Below, piece after piece: positions 35,401-50,385 of a stretch of 64,000 nucleotides of DNA. Position numbers and translations under genes: made by a program. The notes beneath the pieces are model-generated. The model did no database searches, was not told where the DNA came from, and saw nothing but the letters and a program-made list of their open reading frames with translations. Location of the stretch: the NCBI RefSeq assembly GCF_009914755.1, contig NC_060947.1; one strand, given 5' to 3'. Position 1 is the first letter of the stretch; each line of letters opens with the position of its first letter. The DNA comes from the human T2T-CHM13v2.0 reference genome, Homo sapiens.

Positions 35401-36777
35401 TTGAAACTGATTTTTAAAGAGGATGAACTGAAATTCAGTAAGACTGAAGAATTTGCCAAGGATAGACAACTACAAATATAGACTGATTCTCAAATATGTG
35501 ATTTCTCCTCTATGTTTTAATGTGTCAGAATTTCATAAATGGTTAAGCTCTTTATATGTCTATTAGGTTTCATCTTTCCGGAAGCTATTGCACACCAGTC
35601 TAAGTCAAATAGGAGTAGCTCTGCTGTATTTGTTAAGGCTGAGAAAAATACTGACTGCCTGAAAAGAACAGCTATGTCCTGGAAAAAGCAAACGTGGTTG
35701 GAAATTTTTATTATAGAGTAAGAGGACCACAGTAAGAAGTCATCCAAAAGTACATAAGGAGTCACTTGAAGAATCCTTTATTCATCTTGATACTTTGTTA
35801 GTTAGGCATCCACTGATGGTAAGAAGACTGTGGTTCCTCTATTTATGAAGGCTGAAGGAATCTGTACCTGAGTTTAACAACATACAATTTAGTGAACTCC
35901 AATTTTATGTGCAAGGTATGAAATATTTATATATGTAAGTCTGAGTGTTATGATGTTTGCTTTATTTATTGAGTCTTTTCCTTTCTCAGATGTCAGGGCA
36001 CTAACCACATCATCCATGCTCCTGAAAAACACCATGCTGTAGTTTATGTAGTTTAAATGTGATGCTAGCTGCTTCTCTGGGAACAAGAAGCCTTCTCCTT
36101 CAGCTGCTGAACTGGAAAATCTTTGTTGTTGTTCTTTGAATGGTACCTCGACCAGAGGCTCATTTTTCCCTCAGGAACTCGAACACAATGGCGTGGGAAA
36201 GATCTCTTATTTTTAGCTTCTCTGAAGACATATGTCCTCATTGATGACATTCAGTTTCTGCAGGGGAAAACCTTCAGCATCCACCATGCTGAGAAATGAG
36301 CAACACACCAGACAAAAATTGACTCAGTACTAATGAAAATCTTCGGGGAAAACAAGTCTGCTGTTCAGTAGATACCATTGCATTGTACAACACAAATATC
36401 ATTTTTTTTATTTTGGCAATGAGAAATCTGCTCTAATACAGCATTAGATTGAGATGGTTTCCGAATGTTGAATATAGCTCAGCACAATGAGGATATAAGA
36501 ATTTAGTATAGAGAGGGAGAAGGAAAGAGTCCTCAAGGAAAAAACATGTATCAGAGATAAAGTTTTGAAGTTTGAAGCTTTAAAGTATTCTTACTATATT
36601 GTGGCCATACCTCCTTTTTGTGGTTGTGATACAGCTTCATCTCATTTGTTTTGTTTAAAAAATTAAACCATGATTTGTAGATGACAAATGTTTTCTTGAA
36701 GTCAAAACCCTATTGCTTATTTTATCAATTATTGTTTGGCTTCAGCAAGTTATTCACTTTCTTTGAAACTTAGCTTC

Positions 36778-37750
<973 letters not shown>

Positions 37751-39597
37751 TTCACATAAAGTTGAGGGAATACAATTAGTTTATGTATGGAAAAACTTCC
37801 TAAGCTGTAAAGTTCATCTTTCTTAAATGAAGACATTTCTCTTTTTCTGCCTTGTAACTCAAGGCCTGCAGATATTACAGGGCCCTGTTTCCTAGCAATC
37901 TTCACTTTCAAATCACCTCTCCTTCATCCTAAAGGAACCCTAAGTTTTTTGAAAATAGTAATTTCTGCAAAAGTATCACACACACTATATATGTGTGTGT
38001 GTGTGTATAAATGCATACATATTTTCGTGTTTACCATTGACACATGGATACTGATAAGACAATGTATTTACTAGGAAAACATGTTTACAAACACAAGTAG
38101 TCATTTAGTAATACTATTTTTGGAATATATATATATACCATAAAAAACTCATGCATTTTGGTATTGAATAACTTTTTTCAAGAGAAAGAACTTAGGTTAA
38201 TGTCAGTTCAGCTGACATTTTTTTCACTAAAAACATGAAACATTTTGTAGTTATATGTAAAGTTATATTATCCCAAAGATACATCATAAATGCATAGTCT
38301 CCCCACTTTTTTTCTTCTCTGTCCTTTTAAAGACCCTAGGAGATACAGAAGGCCTCAGAAATACATGGAACATACGTTCTTGAGTGGCATCAGGATCTCT
38401 CTTCAGTTTTTGACCATGACTTGATTTTCTTTTTGAGTTGGCACAGTTCTTATTTTCTCTAAAGTTGAGCCTTTTCCACATACAAAAACCCCCTTTACAT
38501 GTAATAGCTAAGAAGTATAACAAAATGTCAGTTACTAGGTGTCCCAGCATCCTGGGAAACCCATAATGACTGTGGATGGTTGAACAGACATAGTATGAGT
38601 CCTACATAAACAATATTGAAGTGGCTTGGAAAAAGGGGAAATAGGTCATAATAATACAAATCAGGGCTTGATACTTTCCATAATGAAATATTTTACAAAT
38701 TTCCCTCTTCTTTAATTTTAAAAGGATATTTTTCTTATTTTTATGCATTTTTACTTATAGTATCACATAAAATTAAAAGCATTAGAAAAAATCTAAAAGA
38801 TTAAAAATGTGTTTTTTTAAAAAGGAACCTTAAAGTTTTTAAAAAATCACAAAAAAGACTATTCCCAAAAGAACTTATTATAATCATTCCAAAAGGAGGT
38901 ATTTTTCTCACTATTCATCAAGCTGATTAGCAAAATATTTCAGCAACCAGGAAGTCATTTTCTATCACTTCAAGTGCCTGAAACTTAGTTCAAGGTGTGA
39001 GTAAGTTGAAAATAATTGTTGAAATATAGGAAAAAATAAAATAGATTTTTTCATATGTAGAATTACCATTTTCTTAAAGGTGTCAATAGCATTCTTTGCA
39101 TTTTAGAGTAATTTGGTTCAGAATGATATAGACATGTCATTTACCTTAGAAATCACATGGAGATTATTTGAAAATAACATTTGTCATTATATTGCTAAAC
39201 CTCTATATATACTCTATTAGACACAGCCTTTCCTTATTCTTCAAATTTATTTTTCTGCACTATAGAGTTCAGTCAATTCTGCCACCAGACTCTGGTTTAT
39301 GTTCGTTTTGACTTCATCCTATCTTAGTACTGACCTATATGATATACCTTCTCTGTAAAACCTACTACAATCTGATTCTCATTAATAATGTACATATCAG
39401 GATCCTCCTGTGTGTTTAAATAGGATTTTATCCTATTAAGATTGAACACAGCTTAGCTAGTAAGTAGGTCCTTTTCCCCATAAGTTGCTAGAGTATAGCA
39501 GTTCTGATGATATTTTTATGTCAGGTCTGCCCTGACAGTAGATAAACAGTTACTCTCCTAGGCCAACAGAAAAACTTGTCACAATTTTTAATTTAAA

Positions 39598-39657
39598 ATT
39601 TTTTTGAGGGGGGACAGAGTCTCACTCTGTCACCCAGGCTGGAGTGCAGTGGAGCCA
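39598..39657 (-). mobile_element. Severely 5'-truncated Alu (~60 bp)
   Basis: gacagagtctcactctgtcacccaggctggagtgcagtgg flanked by ttaatttaaa (39588-39597, 39658-39667). Confidence 0.85.
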
Positions 39658-40342
39658 TTAATTTAAATTTTTAATAATGGACGGTAAATGGGTTGGTTTA
39701 TCTAGTAAAAGATTCAGGAAAGGTGAGTGGTAAGGTCCAAAAGAGGAAAAGGAGGCAGAGGTAATTTAGTTCTTTTGGTAGATATTTATCATACTCTTAC
39801 TTAGAATCTTGCTATCCAAATTTTCAAAAACACATGATTGTTCAAAGTAAGAATTTTAGTTAGACACAGTTGCAAGATTTAAATGAGAAACAACGTGCAG
39901 AAGGGAGAATTTTCCCACTTCTTCATTCATTGTTTGAGGTCATTTTACTGCATCTATTACAATCACTTTACATATAGTATGAGGACTTAATATACTTCCA
40001 TTTCTCCCCTTCTGGTCTTTCTGCTCTTGTTTGTATGCACTTTACTCTTACATACATTATAAAGTCTACAATATAGTATTATTATTATGGTTTAGAAAGT
40101 GAGATTCTGTACCCAAACATGGTAGAAACACAAAATAGCCTTTTAAATCAGGACTTCAACCTTGTCCCACTAATGCACCATTCTGTGGATGTCCCAAGTT
40201 TTAGTAGGAAATGCTCTCATATTCTGAATGAGATTTAAAAGATGAAGAGAAGTCAAAAGTGAAAGAGAATGATGAGAACTGCTGGATTTAAGGAATTGTG
40301 TTCTTCCATTCCAGAGTTGGAGAGGCAGGAAGGCTGCATAGG

Positions 40343-40716
40343 TATCATCTTAGTTTGTGTGGTGCTGCTATAACTGAATATGTGAGACTGAATAGTTTAC
40401 AAGAACAGACATGTATTTCTTACAGATCTGGAGGTTGGAAAGTCCAAGATCGAGAGGCCACATCTGGTGAGAATGTTTTTGTTGTAGCAACCCACAGCAG
40501 AATGTGGAAGGGCAAGACAGAACATGTATAAGAGAGAGAGGACCAAACATGCTTTTATAACAAATCCACTCTAGCAGTAATAAACTCACTCCAACAATAA
40601 CAACACTGAGCCCTCATGACCTAATTAACTCTTAAAGGTCCCTCCTCTTAAAACTGTTGCACTGGAAATTAATTTTCCAATACCTGAACTTTGAGGAACA
40701 CATTCAAACCGCAGCA
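40343..40716 (-). mobile_element. MST-family MaLR LTR
   Basis: tcttagtttgtgtggtgctgctataac...tctggaggttggaaagtccaagatc...cacattcaaaccgcagca. Confidence 0.8.
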
Positions 40717-40994
40717 GATGTGTTCAGTCCATGAAATTCTTTGTGCTATGCATTTATAATTGGTGAAATTTTCTGTATATATTCCATAGTTCAATAAAAA
40801 ATGCAAATGTAAAAGGCAATATCGAAAAAAATTTCAAGGAGATAAAAGAGAGAGGAAATATTTTATTTTACCAACTGAGGTGTCAGATGTAATAGCAATA
40901 TATGATGATTTATCTTAACCATCTGTAAATTACCTTGTTTCACCAATTTATTTAATGGGAAACTCAGTTTTCAAACAAAAAGAAAAAAAGAGGA

Positions 40995-43900
40995 AGTGGG
41001 AAAGAGCCAAGATGGTCAACTAGATGCAGCCAGAAAGAGCTTCACACATGAAGACAGACACAACTATCAAGTAGACTGGCACACGCTGAACACTGAGAAA
41101 GAAAACATTGAGAGTGGAAAAATGGAGGATGCAAGCCCTGGGCTGAAAGAAAAGAAAGCTGAGAACCCTGCAAGGAGTTGCCAAGTAGCAGGACTCATTT
41201 CTGGCCCTCGGCGGCTCCTAGGGAATGGGTGAGTGAAACAGCCATGGAGCGTCCCACTCCTACCACAGATTTCCATAATCCTAGCTGTGTGAGACCACAT
41301 GACTCCACTGACATTTAGCTGGCAGGGAGAGTTGGCAAAGACAGAACTCCAACCTGTGCTGAGCGCAGATGGTTTGGCACTGGAACAGCTGCAGTGGAGC
41401 ATGGACATGGGCACCCATCCCACAAGGCTGACCATATTTTTCTAGGCAACTTTAGACTTTGTTAGTTGCTGAATCTGCACAGAACAGAGCTGTCCTGCCT
41501 ATAAAACTGGGTCAATCTGAGAGTCCCCCTGTCTACCAGTCTCTCCCAGGGTCCCTGCCTGGCTGTACCTGCGTAGAACACAGCCTCAGCTGCCCAGCCT
41601 AAATGCTTGCTAGCAGCCAGTGCCATACTTCTTTCTCTAGAAGACACTGCATACCTGTCAGAGAACTGTTGCAAATGGACCACTGCTGGTGTGCACCTGC
41701 TTTCAGCCTTCCTCCACCAGCATGCATTCACTTCCAGCCTTCCCCCCTGCCTCACCAGCATGCATGTGCATGCAGAACCCCCACTGCCCTGCCAGCATGA
41801 ATGAGCACACAGGGATGCCTGACACCCCACTGGCACACATGCACACAGGAACCCACAACTGCTCTGCTGGTGCACATACATGCAAGAAACCCCACTACCT
41901 CACTGGCTCATTTTTGCCTACAGCCCCCATTGGAGAATTGGTGCCAGTGGACTGGAAATACCTTGGCCCCTCAGTGGAGCAGGTGCTTAATTTCAAGGGG
42001 CCAGAGAACAAAGCTAAGGGCCTGATCCTAGGCCCCCAGGATTATAACACATAGCCCAGGAGTGCTGAGCTGAAGCTTGCCCCACTGAAAGCATGCAGAA
42101 TAAAGCCAATCAGCTGAACCCAATCTATAGCACAGTCAAACCTTCAAGGGCATTAAAGAATATAAAAGCAAAAAACCCTATCCAGAAAAATAGCAATTCC
42201 CAAAACTAAAGTAACATCTGACCACACAGAAGAGAAAAAAAAAATAATAATAACAGAAAAAGAACTCTGGCAACAGTAAAAGCTAGAGTGTCTTCTTAAC
42301 TCCAAATGACTACAGTAGCTCCCTATCAGTGCTTTCTAACCAGACTGAAATCCTGAAATCAGAGACATAGAACTCAGAATCTGGATAGTAAGAAGGCTCA
42401 TCAAAATACAGGAAAAAATGGAAACCCTATCAAAGGAACACAATAAAACAGTCCATGAAATGAAAGACGACATAGCCATTATAAGAAAGAACCAAACTGA
42501 ACTTCTCAAAAAAAAATCCACTACAGTTAATAAAAAATGCAATTGGAAGAAATAATAACAATACACCAAGCTGAGGAAGAATTTCAGAGCTCAAATATGG
42601 CTCCTTTGAATCAATGCAGACAGACAAAAATAAGGAAAAAATAGTTTTAAAAAATGAACAAAACCTCTGAGAAATACGAGATTATTTAAAAAGACTCAAT
42701 CTACAATTCATTAGCATTCCTGAAAGAGATGGAGAGAGCAAGAAACATTGAAAATATATTTGAAAATATTGTCCACAAAAATTTCTGCAACCTTGCCAAA
42801 GAGAATGATATATAAATTCAGAAAATTCAGAAAACCCCTATAAGATACTCTACAAGACAGCCATCCCCAAAACACATAGACATGAGATTATTCAAAGTTA
42901 ATGCAAAAGAAATATCATAAAGGCAGCTAGAGAGAAAGGGCATATAACATACAAAGGGAACTCCTTCAGGCTAACAGTAGATCTTTCAGAAGAAACCTTA
43001 CAAGCCAGAAGGGATTGGAGGTCTATATTCAACCCTCTAAAAGAAAACAATTTTCAACCAAGAATTAGATATCCACTCAAACTAAGCTTCATAAGCAAAG
43101 AAGACAGAAAATCCTTTACAGACAAGCAAATCCTAAGTGAATTTGTTACCACCAGACCTACACTACAAGAGGTCCTTAAGGGAAGGCTAAACATGAAAAC
43201 AAAAGAACAGTGCCTGCCAACAATAACACACTTAAGTAAATAGCCCTCTGACACTATAAAACAACTCTACAATCAAATATACATAACAACCAGCTAAAAA
43301 CATGATGACAGGATCAAATCCTCACATATCAATATTAACCTTGAATGTAAAGAAACTAAATGCCTCACTTAAAAGACACGGAGTGGCAAGTTGGATAAAC
43401 AAGTAAGACTCAACTCTATGCTGTCTTCAACAGACCAATCTCACATGCACTAACACCTATAGACTCAAAGTAAAGGGACTGAGAAAGATCTATTAAGCAA
43501 ATGGAAAACAAAAAAAGCAGGGTGGTTGTTCTTATTTTAGACAAAACAGACTTTAAACCAATAATGATCAAAAAGGACGAAGAAGGGCATTACACAGTGA
43601 TAAAATGATTCTATGGAACAAGATGACTTAGTATCCAAAATATGTATGCATCCAACACTAGAGCATCCAGATTCACAAAACAAGTTCTTAGAGACCTTTG
43701 AAGAGGGTTAGATAACCACATAATAATAGTGGAAGACTTCAACACACCACTGACAGTGTTAGACAAATCATCGAGGCAGAAAACCAGCAAAGATATTTGG
43801 GACCTATATTCAACACTTGACCAAATGAACCTAACAGACATTTACAGAATACTCCACCCAACAACAACAGAATACACATTTTTCTCATCTATACATAGCA

Positions 43901-45015
43901 CATATTCTAAGATCAACCACATAAAGTAATTGTGGTTTATGCTGAACAGTACTAAACAGAACTAAAACATCACATGAGCAGAACTAAAAACCACATGATC
44001 ATCTCAATAGATGAAGAAAGGGCTTAAAATAAAATTCAGCATCCCTTAGTGTTAAAAATCATTAACAATCTAGGCACTGAAGGAATATGCTTCAAAGTAA
44101 TAAGACCCATCTATGAAAAACCCACAGCCAACATTATACTGAATGGGCAAAAGCTGGAAGCATTCCACCTGAGAACTGGAGCAAGACAAGAATGCCCGCT
44201 CTCACCACTTCTGTTCAACATAGTGTTGGAAGTCCTTGTTAGAGCAATTAGGCAAGAGAAAGAAATAAAACACATCCAAATAGGGAGAGAGGAAGTCAAA
44301 CTATCACTGTTTGAAATATGATTCTACACTTCTTTCTGCCCAAAGGCTCCTGGAAGTGATAAACAACTTCAGCAAAGTTTCAGCATGAAAATCAATGTAC
44401 AAAAATTAGTAGCACTTCTATACAGCAATAACATACAAGTTGAGAACCAAATTAAGAAGGCAATCCCATTCACAATAAACACAAAAGAATAAAGTATCTA
44501 GGAGTACAGCTAACCAGAGAGGTGAAATATCTCTACAATAAGCATTACAAAACAATACTGAAATAATGCAGAGATGGCACAAATAAATGGAAAACCATTC
44601 CATGCTCATGGACAGGAAAAATCAATATTGTTATAATGGCCATTCTCTCCAAAGCAATTTACAGATTCAATGCTATTTCTATCAAACTATAAAGGACATT
44701 TTTCAGAGAATTAGAACAAATTTATTCTAAAACCATATGGAACCAAACGAGGCTGAATAGCCAAAGTAGTCCTAAGCAAAAAGAACAAAGCTGGAGGCAT
44801 CACACTACTTGACTTGAAACTGTACTGCAAGGTTACAGTAACCAAAACAACATGGTACTGGCATGCAAACAGACACCTAGGCCATTGGACCTGGTTAGTG
44901 AACACAGAAATAAAGGCACACACCTACAACTATTTGATCTTTGAAAAAGGTGACAATAACAAGCAATGGGGAAAGGACTCTCTATTCAATAAATGCTGCT
45001 GGAATAAGTGGCTAG
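40995..45015 (+). mobile_element. Old primate L1 (L1PA13-16/L1PB-like) with 5'UTR, decayed ORF1, internally deleted ORF2 and no 3' end
   Basis: gccaagatgg 5' start; ORF2 start atgacaggatcaaatcctcac at ~43305; EN motif DFNTPL; RT motif [11 protein letters not shown]. Confidence 0.88.
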
Positions 45016-48000
45016 GAATTTATCTATCTCTTCTAGGTTTTTTAGTTTGTGTGCATAGAGGTGTTCACAGTAGTTTCTGATGGTTATTTTTATTTCTGTA
45101 GGGTCAGTGGTAACATTCCCTTTATTATTTCTAATTGTGTTTATTTGAATCTTCTCTCTTTTCTTTTTTATTATTCTAGCTAGCAGCCTATCTTAATTGT
45201 TTTTCAAAAGACCAACTCCTGTATTTGTTTATTTTTTAATAGATTTTCATGTGTCATTTTCCTTCATTTTGGCTCTGATTGTGTTATTTCTTGTCTTCTG
45301 CTAGCTTGTGGGTTGATTTATTCTTGCTTCTCTACTTCTTTCCATTGCAATAAGTTGTTAAGTTGAGATCTTTATTTTTGATGTGGATATTTAGTGCTAT
45401 GAATTTTCCTCTTAACACTGTCTTAGTTGTGTCCCAGAGATTCTGGTATGTTGTATCTTTTTTCTCATTCGTTTCAAAAATCTTCTTGATTTCTGCCTTA
45501 ATTTCATTATTTAACCCAAAATCATTCAGAAGCATGCTGTTTTATTTCTATGTAATTGCATGGTTTTGAGTGATTTCCATAGTCTTGACTTCTATTTTTA
45601 TTGTGCTATGGTTCAAGAGTATGTTTGGTATGATTTTATTTCTTTGAATTTGCTGAGGATTGTTTTATGTCCAATTATGTGGTCAATTTTAGAGTATGTG
45701 CCACGTGGGAATGAGAAGAATGTATATTATGTTGATTTTTGGTGGAGAGTTCTATTGAAATCTATCAGATCCATTTGGTCCAATGTTGAGTTTATGTCCT
45801 GAAGATCTTTGTTAATTTTCTGCTTCGATGACCTGTTTAATATTGTTAGTGGAGTGATGAAGTTTTCCATTATTATTTTGTAGAAGTCTGTGTCTCTTTG
45901 TAGGTCTCTAAGGACTTCCCTTATGAATCTGGGTGCTCCTGTGTTGGGTGCATATATATTTGGGATAGTTAGGTCTTCCTGTTGAATTGAACCCTCCTTT
46001 ACCATTATATAATATCATTCTTTGTCTTTTTTATCTTTCTGGTTAAAATTCTGCTTTGTCTGAAATTAGAATTGCAACCCCTGCTTTTTTCTGTTTTCCA
46101 TTTGCTTGGTAGATTTTCCTCCATCCCTTTATTTTAAGCCTGTGGGTATCATGATGTGTAAGATGGGTCTCTTGAAGACAGCATACCATTAGGTCTTATT
46201 TTTTTCTTCAGTCTGCCACTCTGTACTTTTTACGTGGGGCATTTAGCCTATTTATATTCAAGGTTATTATTAACATGTGTGGATTTGATCCTACTATTGT
46301 GCTGTTAGTTGGTTACTATGTTGGCTTGTTTGTGTGGTTGCTTTAGAGTGTCACTGGTCTGTATGTTTAAACATGTTTTATGTTAGCTGGCAGCAGTCTT
46401 TCCTTTCCATATTTAGTGCCTCTTTCAAGATCTCATGTAAGGCAGGTCTGGTGGCAATAAGCTCTCTCAACATTTGCTTATCTGAAAAGGATATTATTTC
46501 TCTTTAACTTGAGAAGATTAGTTGGTTGGATATGAAATTATTGGTTGAAGGTTTTTTTCTTTACAAATGTTGAATATAGGCTCCCAATCTTTTCTGGCTT
46601 GTAGGGTTTCAGCTGAGCAGTTTTCTGTTAGCTTGACAGTGTTCCTTTTACAGGTGACCTACCCATTCTCTGTAGCTGCCTTTAACATTCTTTATTTTCA
46701 ACCTTAAAAAAAATCTGATGATTATGTGTCCTGGGGATGATATTCTTGTTAGAATCTTGCAAGAGCGTTCAGTATTTCCTGAATTTGACTGTTTGCCTCT
46801 CTAGCATGGTTGGGAAAGTTTTCATGGATGATATGCTGAAATATGTTCACCAAGTTGTTTGCTTTGTCCCCCTCCCTTTTGGGGATGCCAATGATTCATA
46901 GATTTGGCCTCTTTACATAATCCCATACTCTCAGACGTTTTGTTCATTCCATTTTATTCTTTTTTATTTATTTTTGTCTGACTGCCCTATTTCAGAGAAC
47001 CAGTCTTCAAGTTCTGAGATTTTTTTCTTCAGCTTAGTTTACTCAACTGTTAATACTTGTGATTGCATCGTGAAATTTTTGTATTGTGTTATTCAGCTCT
47101 GTCAGACTCATTAGCTTCTTTCCCATACAGACTGTTTCATCTTTCAGCTCCTTTATTGCTTTATTTTGATTCTTAGTTTCCTTAAATTGGGTTTTCCTAT
47201 CCTCCTGAATCTCAATGATCTTTTTTCCTATTTATATGCTGAATTCTATTTCTGTCATTCCAGCCAGTTCAGCTGGTTAAGAACTCTTCTTTGAGAACAG
47301 GAGTGGTTGTTTGGAGGACATACAACACTCTGGCCATTTGAGTTACTGGACTTCTTGCATTGGTTCTATCTCTCTATGTGGGTATTCTTTTAACTGCAAT
47401 GTAGAATGAGTACAGTTAATAGACATCTTTTATGGATTTTTTTCACAGGGCTGAAGCTTTGCGCAGAGTCTTTATTTGCAGCTGACTTCTTGTCTCTCGT
47501 TTCAGAAGGGGGTATGTTAGCAAGGTGTTTTTGGTGTTGAAGCTTTGGAATGTGATGCAGGAGGTGGCACTTAGATTTACTGGTCAGTTGGTAGACTCTT
47601 GCCCAGTTGTGTGGCTCCCCTATGTTTCCTCATAGTTTCAACTGTGTTAACTTTCAATACTCTAAAATGTGGGTTCCTCTTCCCCTTAATGCTGGCTGTA
47701 GGTTGTGACTTGCCATTCCTGGGCTGCCCACTGCAGCTCTGGGACAATCCAGTGTTTATGTTCATTCCCCAACTTGAAGGTAGCAGAAGGGACCTTAGTA
47801 GTGGGTATGGCCAAGGATCTTTTGCTTGTCTGCTGGAGGCTCCACCACAGAGAGTTGCAGGTCAGCAATTGCTCAGTGCAGTCAACCCAGGATGGAAGGT
47901 CTGTGCTGTGAGTGCAAGCTGGGGGTTCCCTGTCTGGTGATGAGCAGTGGGGGATGGGTGGGACCTGTGGGAGACAGACTGGCCTCCCCTCCTTTGGTGA

Positions 48001-48351
48001 ACTGTAGCTTGTTACAGGTGTGGATGAAGCACTTAGTGTCTTTGCTCCTTCGTTAGTCCATGGGTAGCAAGGGCAGTTCCACTGCAGAGGCAGTGGTAGA
48101 GAGGCTTTTACTTGCCCCTGGGGTCTCTGTCCAGTGGGCTGCTGAACAGCTACTGGCTTGACAACTCTGGCAGGAGAGTGGCTGGAGGCCCAGGCCTGGA
48201 GGACCTGCTCAGTGAGGAGATGTGAGAACAAGCACCCACATAACCATCTCACCACTTTTCTGTAGGACTCCTGTGGTATGCTGGGAACCACTCTAGTCCC
48301 TAGTCACCTCAGATTTTCCAGTGCCTGGAGGTATCAGCATTGAAGCCTGCA

Positions 48352-49195
48352 AAACAGCAAAGATGGTGGCTTGCCCCTCCCTCTGGGAACTCCATCTGAG
48401 GGAGGTACATTCCTGTTGCCAGCTTGAACACACCTATAGGAGGTGGCTGGAGACCTTGGTTAAGAGGTTCCCCCCAGCAGTAAGGAGGAAAAAGATCAGG
48501 GACCTGTTTACAAAAGCAGTCTGGCCACATTTTTGTAGGGCAGCTGTGCTGTGCTGGGAGACTGCTCTCACCCCTGGTCAGCTTGGCCTCTCCAAAGCCC
48601 AAAGACTAGAATGGCTAATTTGCCCAAAGAGCAAAGAGGGCTGCCCAACTCTCCCTCTGGGAGCTCCGTCAGCTGGAGAACACTGGTGGGGGTGGCTGGA
48701 GACCCCGGTTGGGACATCCTTCCCAGTGAGGTGAAATAGGATTGGGGACCTACTTTAAAATGAAGTCTGGGCATGTTTTCAAAGAGCAGCTCTGCTGTGA
48801 AGGGGACCACTTCTGCCCCTGTTCAGTTTGGGCTCTCCAAGGCCCAGAGGCTGAAATGGCTAAGTCACTCAATCAGCAAAGATGGTGGCCCACCCCTTCC
48901 TCTAGGTGTTTTGCCCCAGGAAGGTTTTAAATCTCTGGCTGGAGAACACTAGCAGAGGTGGCTAGAGACCTCAGTTAGGAGGTCCCACCCAGTGAGGAAG
49001 AATGGGATTAGGGAACTGCTTAAAAAAGCAGTCTGGTCATGTTTCCATAGAGCAGCTGTGCTGTGCTGGGGGATGGTTTCTGTCCCTGGTCAGCTTGGAC
49101 TCTCCAAAGCTCAAAGTCTGGAACAGCTAAGTTGTCTAATAAGCAAAGATGGCAGCCTGCCCCTTCCCTTGGAAGCTCCATCTCAGGGAGGTGCA
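48352..49195. repeat. Diverged tandem array of ~245-275-bp units (3 full plus a partial) inside the L1 5'UTR
   Basis: Anchor agcaaagatgg(t/c) recurs near 48356, 48630 (variant), 48875 and 49142. Shared blocks gtggctggagacc, gcagctgtgctgtg and ctctccaaagc. Confidence 0.85.
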
Positions 49196-49262
49196 ATGCT
49201 GCTACCAGTAGTTGGCTGCAATTCCAAGTCAGTGGGTCTTATCCTGTGAGGTGCCATGGAAA

Positions 49263-49582
49263 TGAGACAGCCAGTTGGGACGTGTTCCCTAGCAAAACTC
49301 CATTCTGCACTGGGATGGAGCCACAGAAGTTTGTGCTTTTTGCAGGAGGGAAGAGCCCGGTCCCTCCTCTTCTTGTGTAGAACCTGGGATTCAAACTGCA
49401 AGGGGGGAATTGCACCAGCAGGGGCTCTGGCTTTGCAGGGGGCCCCTGTTTCCCCTTTTCTTCCTTTTCATCCAATAAAATCCTGCCCTGCTCATCCTTC
49501 AAATTGTCTGCAAGCCTAAATTTTCATGGCTGTGTGATAAGAACCCCCATCTTTAGCTGGACTAAGGAAAATTCCTGCAACA
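49263..49582 (+). mobile_element. ERV1 solo LTR (MER61-like) nested in the L1 5'UTR
   Basis: TGAGACAGCCAG...CCTGCAACA termini, AATAAA at ~49474, 4-bp TSD gaaa/gaag. Confidence 0.8.
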
Positions 49583-50129
49583 GAAGTGGGGCCTCCAGAC
49601 TGTTGCTGCTCAGCCCTGTGGATTCAGCCTCTTTCCTAGGGGTATGTATGGGGTCTAACCTCCCATTTTGCCAAAGTTGCATCTACTTTTGCCGGGAAGC
49701 CCAGAAAGCCCGGGTATCTAAGGCTCCTGGGTCTCTGGGTGTGCCTGAGAAGGTTCTCCTCCAAGACTCTATGTCGTTCTGTGTGTCAGACTGAAGGCTG
49801 TGGTGGAGTGAGTTCACAAGGCGATCTCCTGACCTGAGGGTTGCAATGATCTGTGGGAAAGTGTGGGGTCCTGGGGTTGCACATTCACTCACCATTTCTC
49901 TGGGCGGGGGAGGTTCCCACGGTTCCATGTCACTCCCAGGTGGGCTGTCATCCTGCCTTGCTTTCCTCCATTCTCCGTGGGTTGAGTTGTTTGTTTGATT
50001 AGTCCCATTGCATGTACCTGTATGTTTCAGTTGAAGGTGCTATATTTACTTTCCCCTTCTGTTCCTCTCCAGGAGAGCTGCATACACTAGTTGCTTCTAG
50101 TTGGCTATCTTGGCCACTTTCTGCCAATT

Positions 50130-50385
50130 TCTCTGTTGTTGACAAATTATAGTTGTATATATTTATGAGGTACAAAGTGGTTTTATGATTTTTGAATATC
50201 ATACAGAATAATTTAAATTAATTAATATATCATCTCAAATATTTCACATTTTTTTGATAAGAAAATTAGGAATTTTTTAAGCATTATTGAAATGTATAGT
50301 ACTCAATTATTAGCTATATCCAGGATGCTGTACTATGTATCTCAAAAAAATGAACTTATCCCTTCTATCTAACTGAGGCTTTGAA
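50130..50385 (-). mobile_element. L1MA 3' end
   Basis: ttatagttgtatatatttatgaggtacaaagtg...ccttctatctaactga. Confidence 0.7.

Larger units (their letters stand above)
45014..50120 (-). mobile_element. Second old primate L1 with long 5'UTR, decayed ORF1 and N-terminal ORF2, 3'-truncated
   Basis: Minus strand starts ggccaagatagccaactagaagc at ~50117; EN remnant GSIQQEDLTIPNIYAPNTGAPRFI; DTTYQNLWD. Confidence 0.88.

Noticed and set aside
41067-42054. Cluster of overlapping ORFs with Cys/His-rich peptides
   Set aside because: GC-richer L1 5'UTR sequence with tgca/catg motifs and few stops; no recognisable domain.
47577-49928. Dense ORF cluster (up to 201 aa) with repeated peptides
   Set aside because: Lies in an L1 5'UTR tandem array and a nested LTR; the repeated peptides mirror the DNA repeats.
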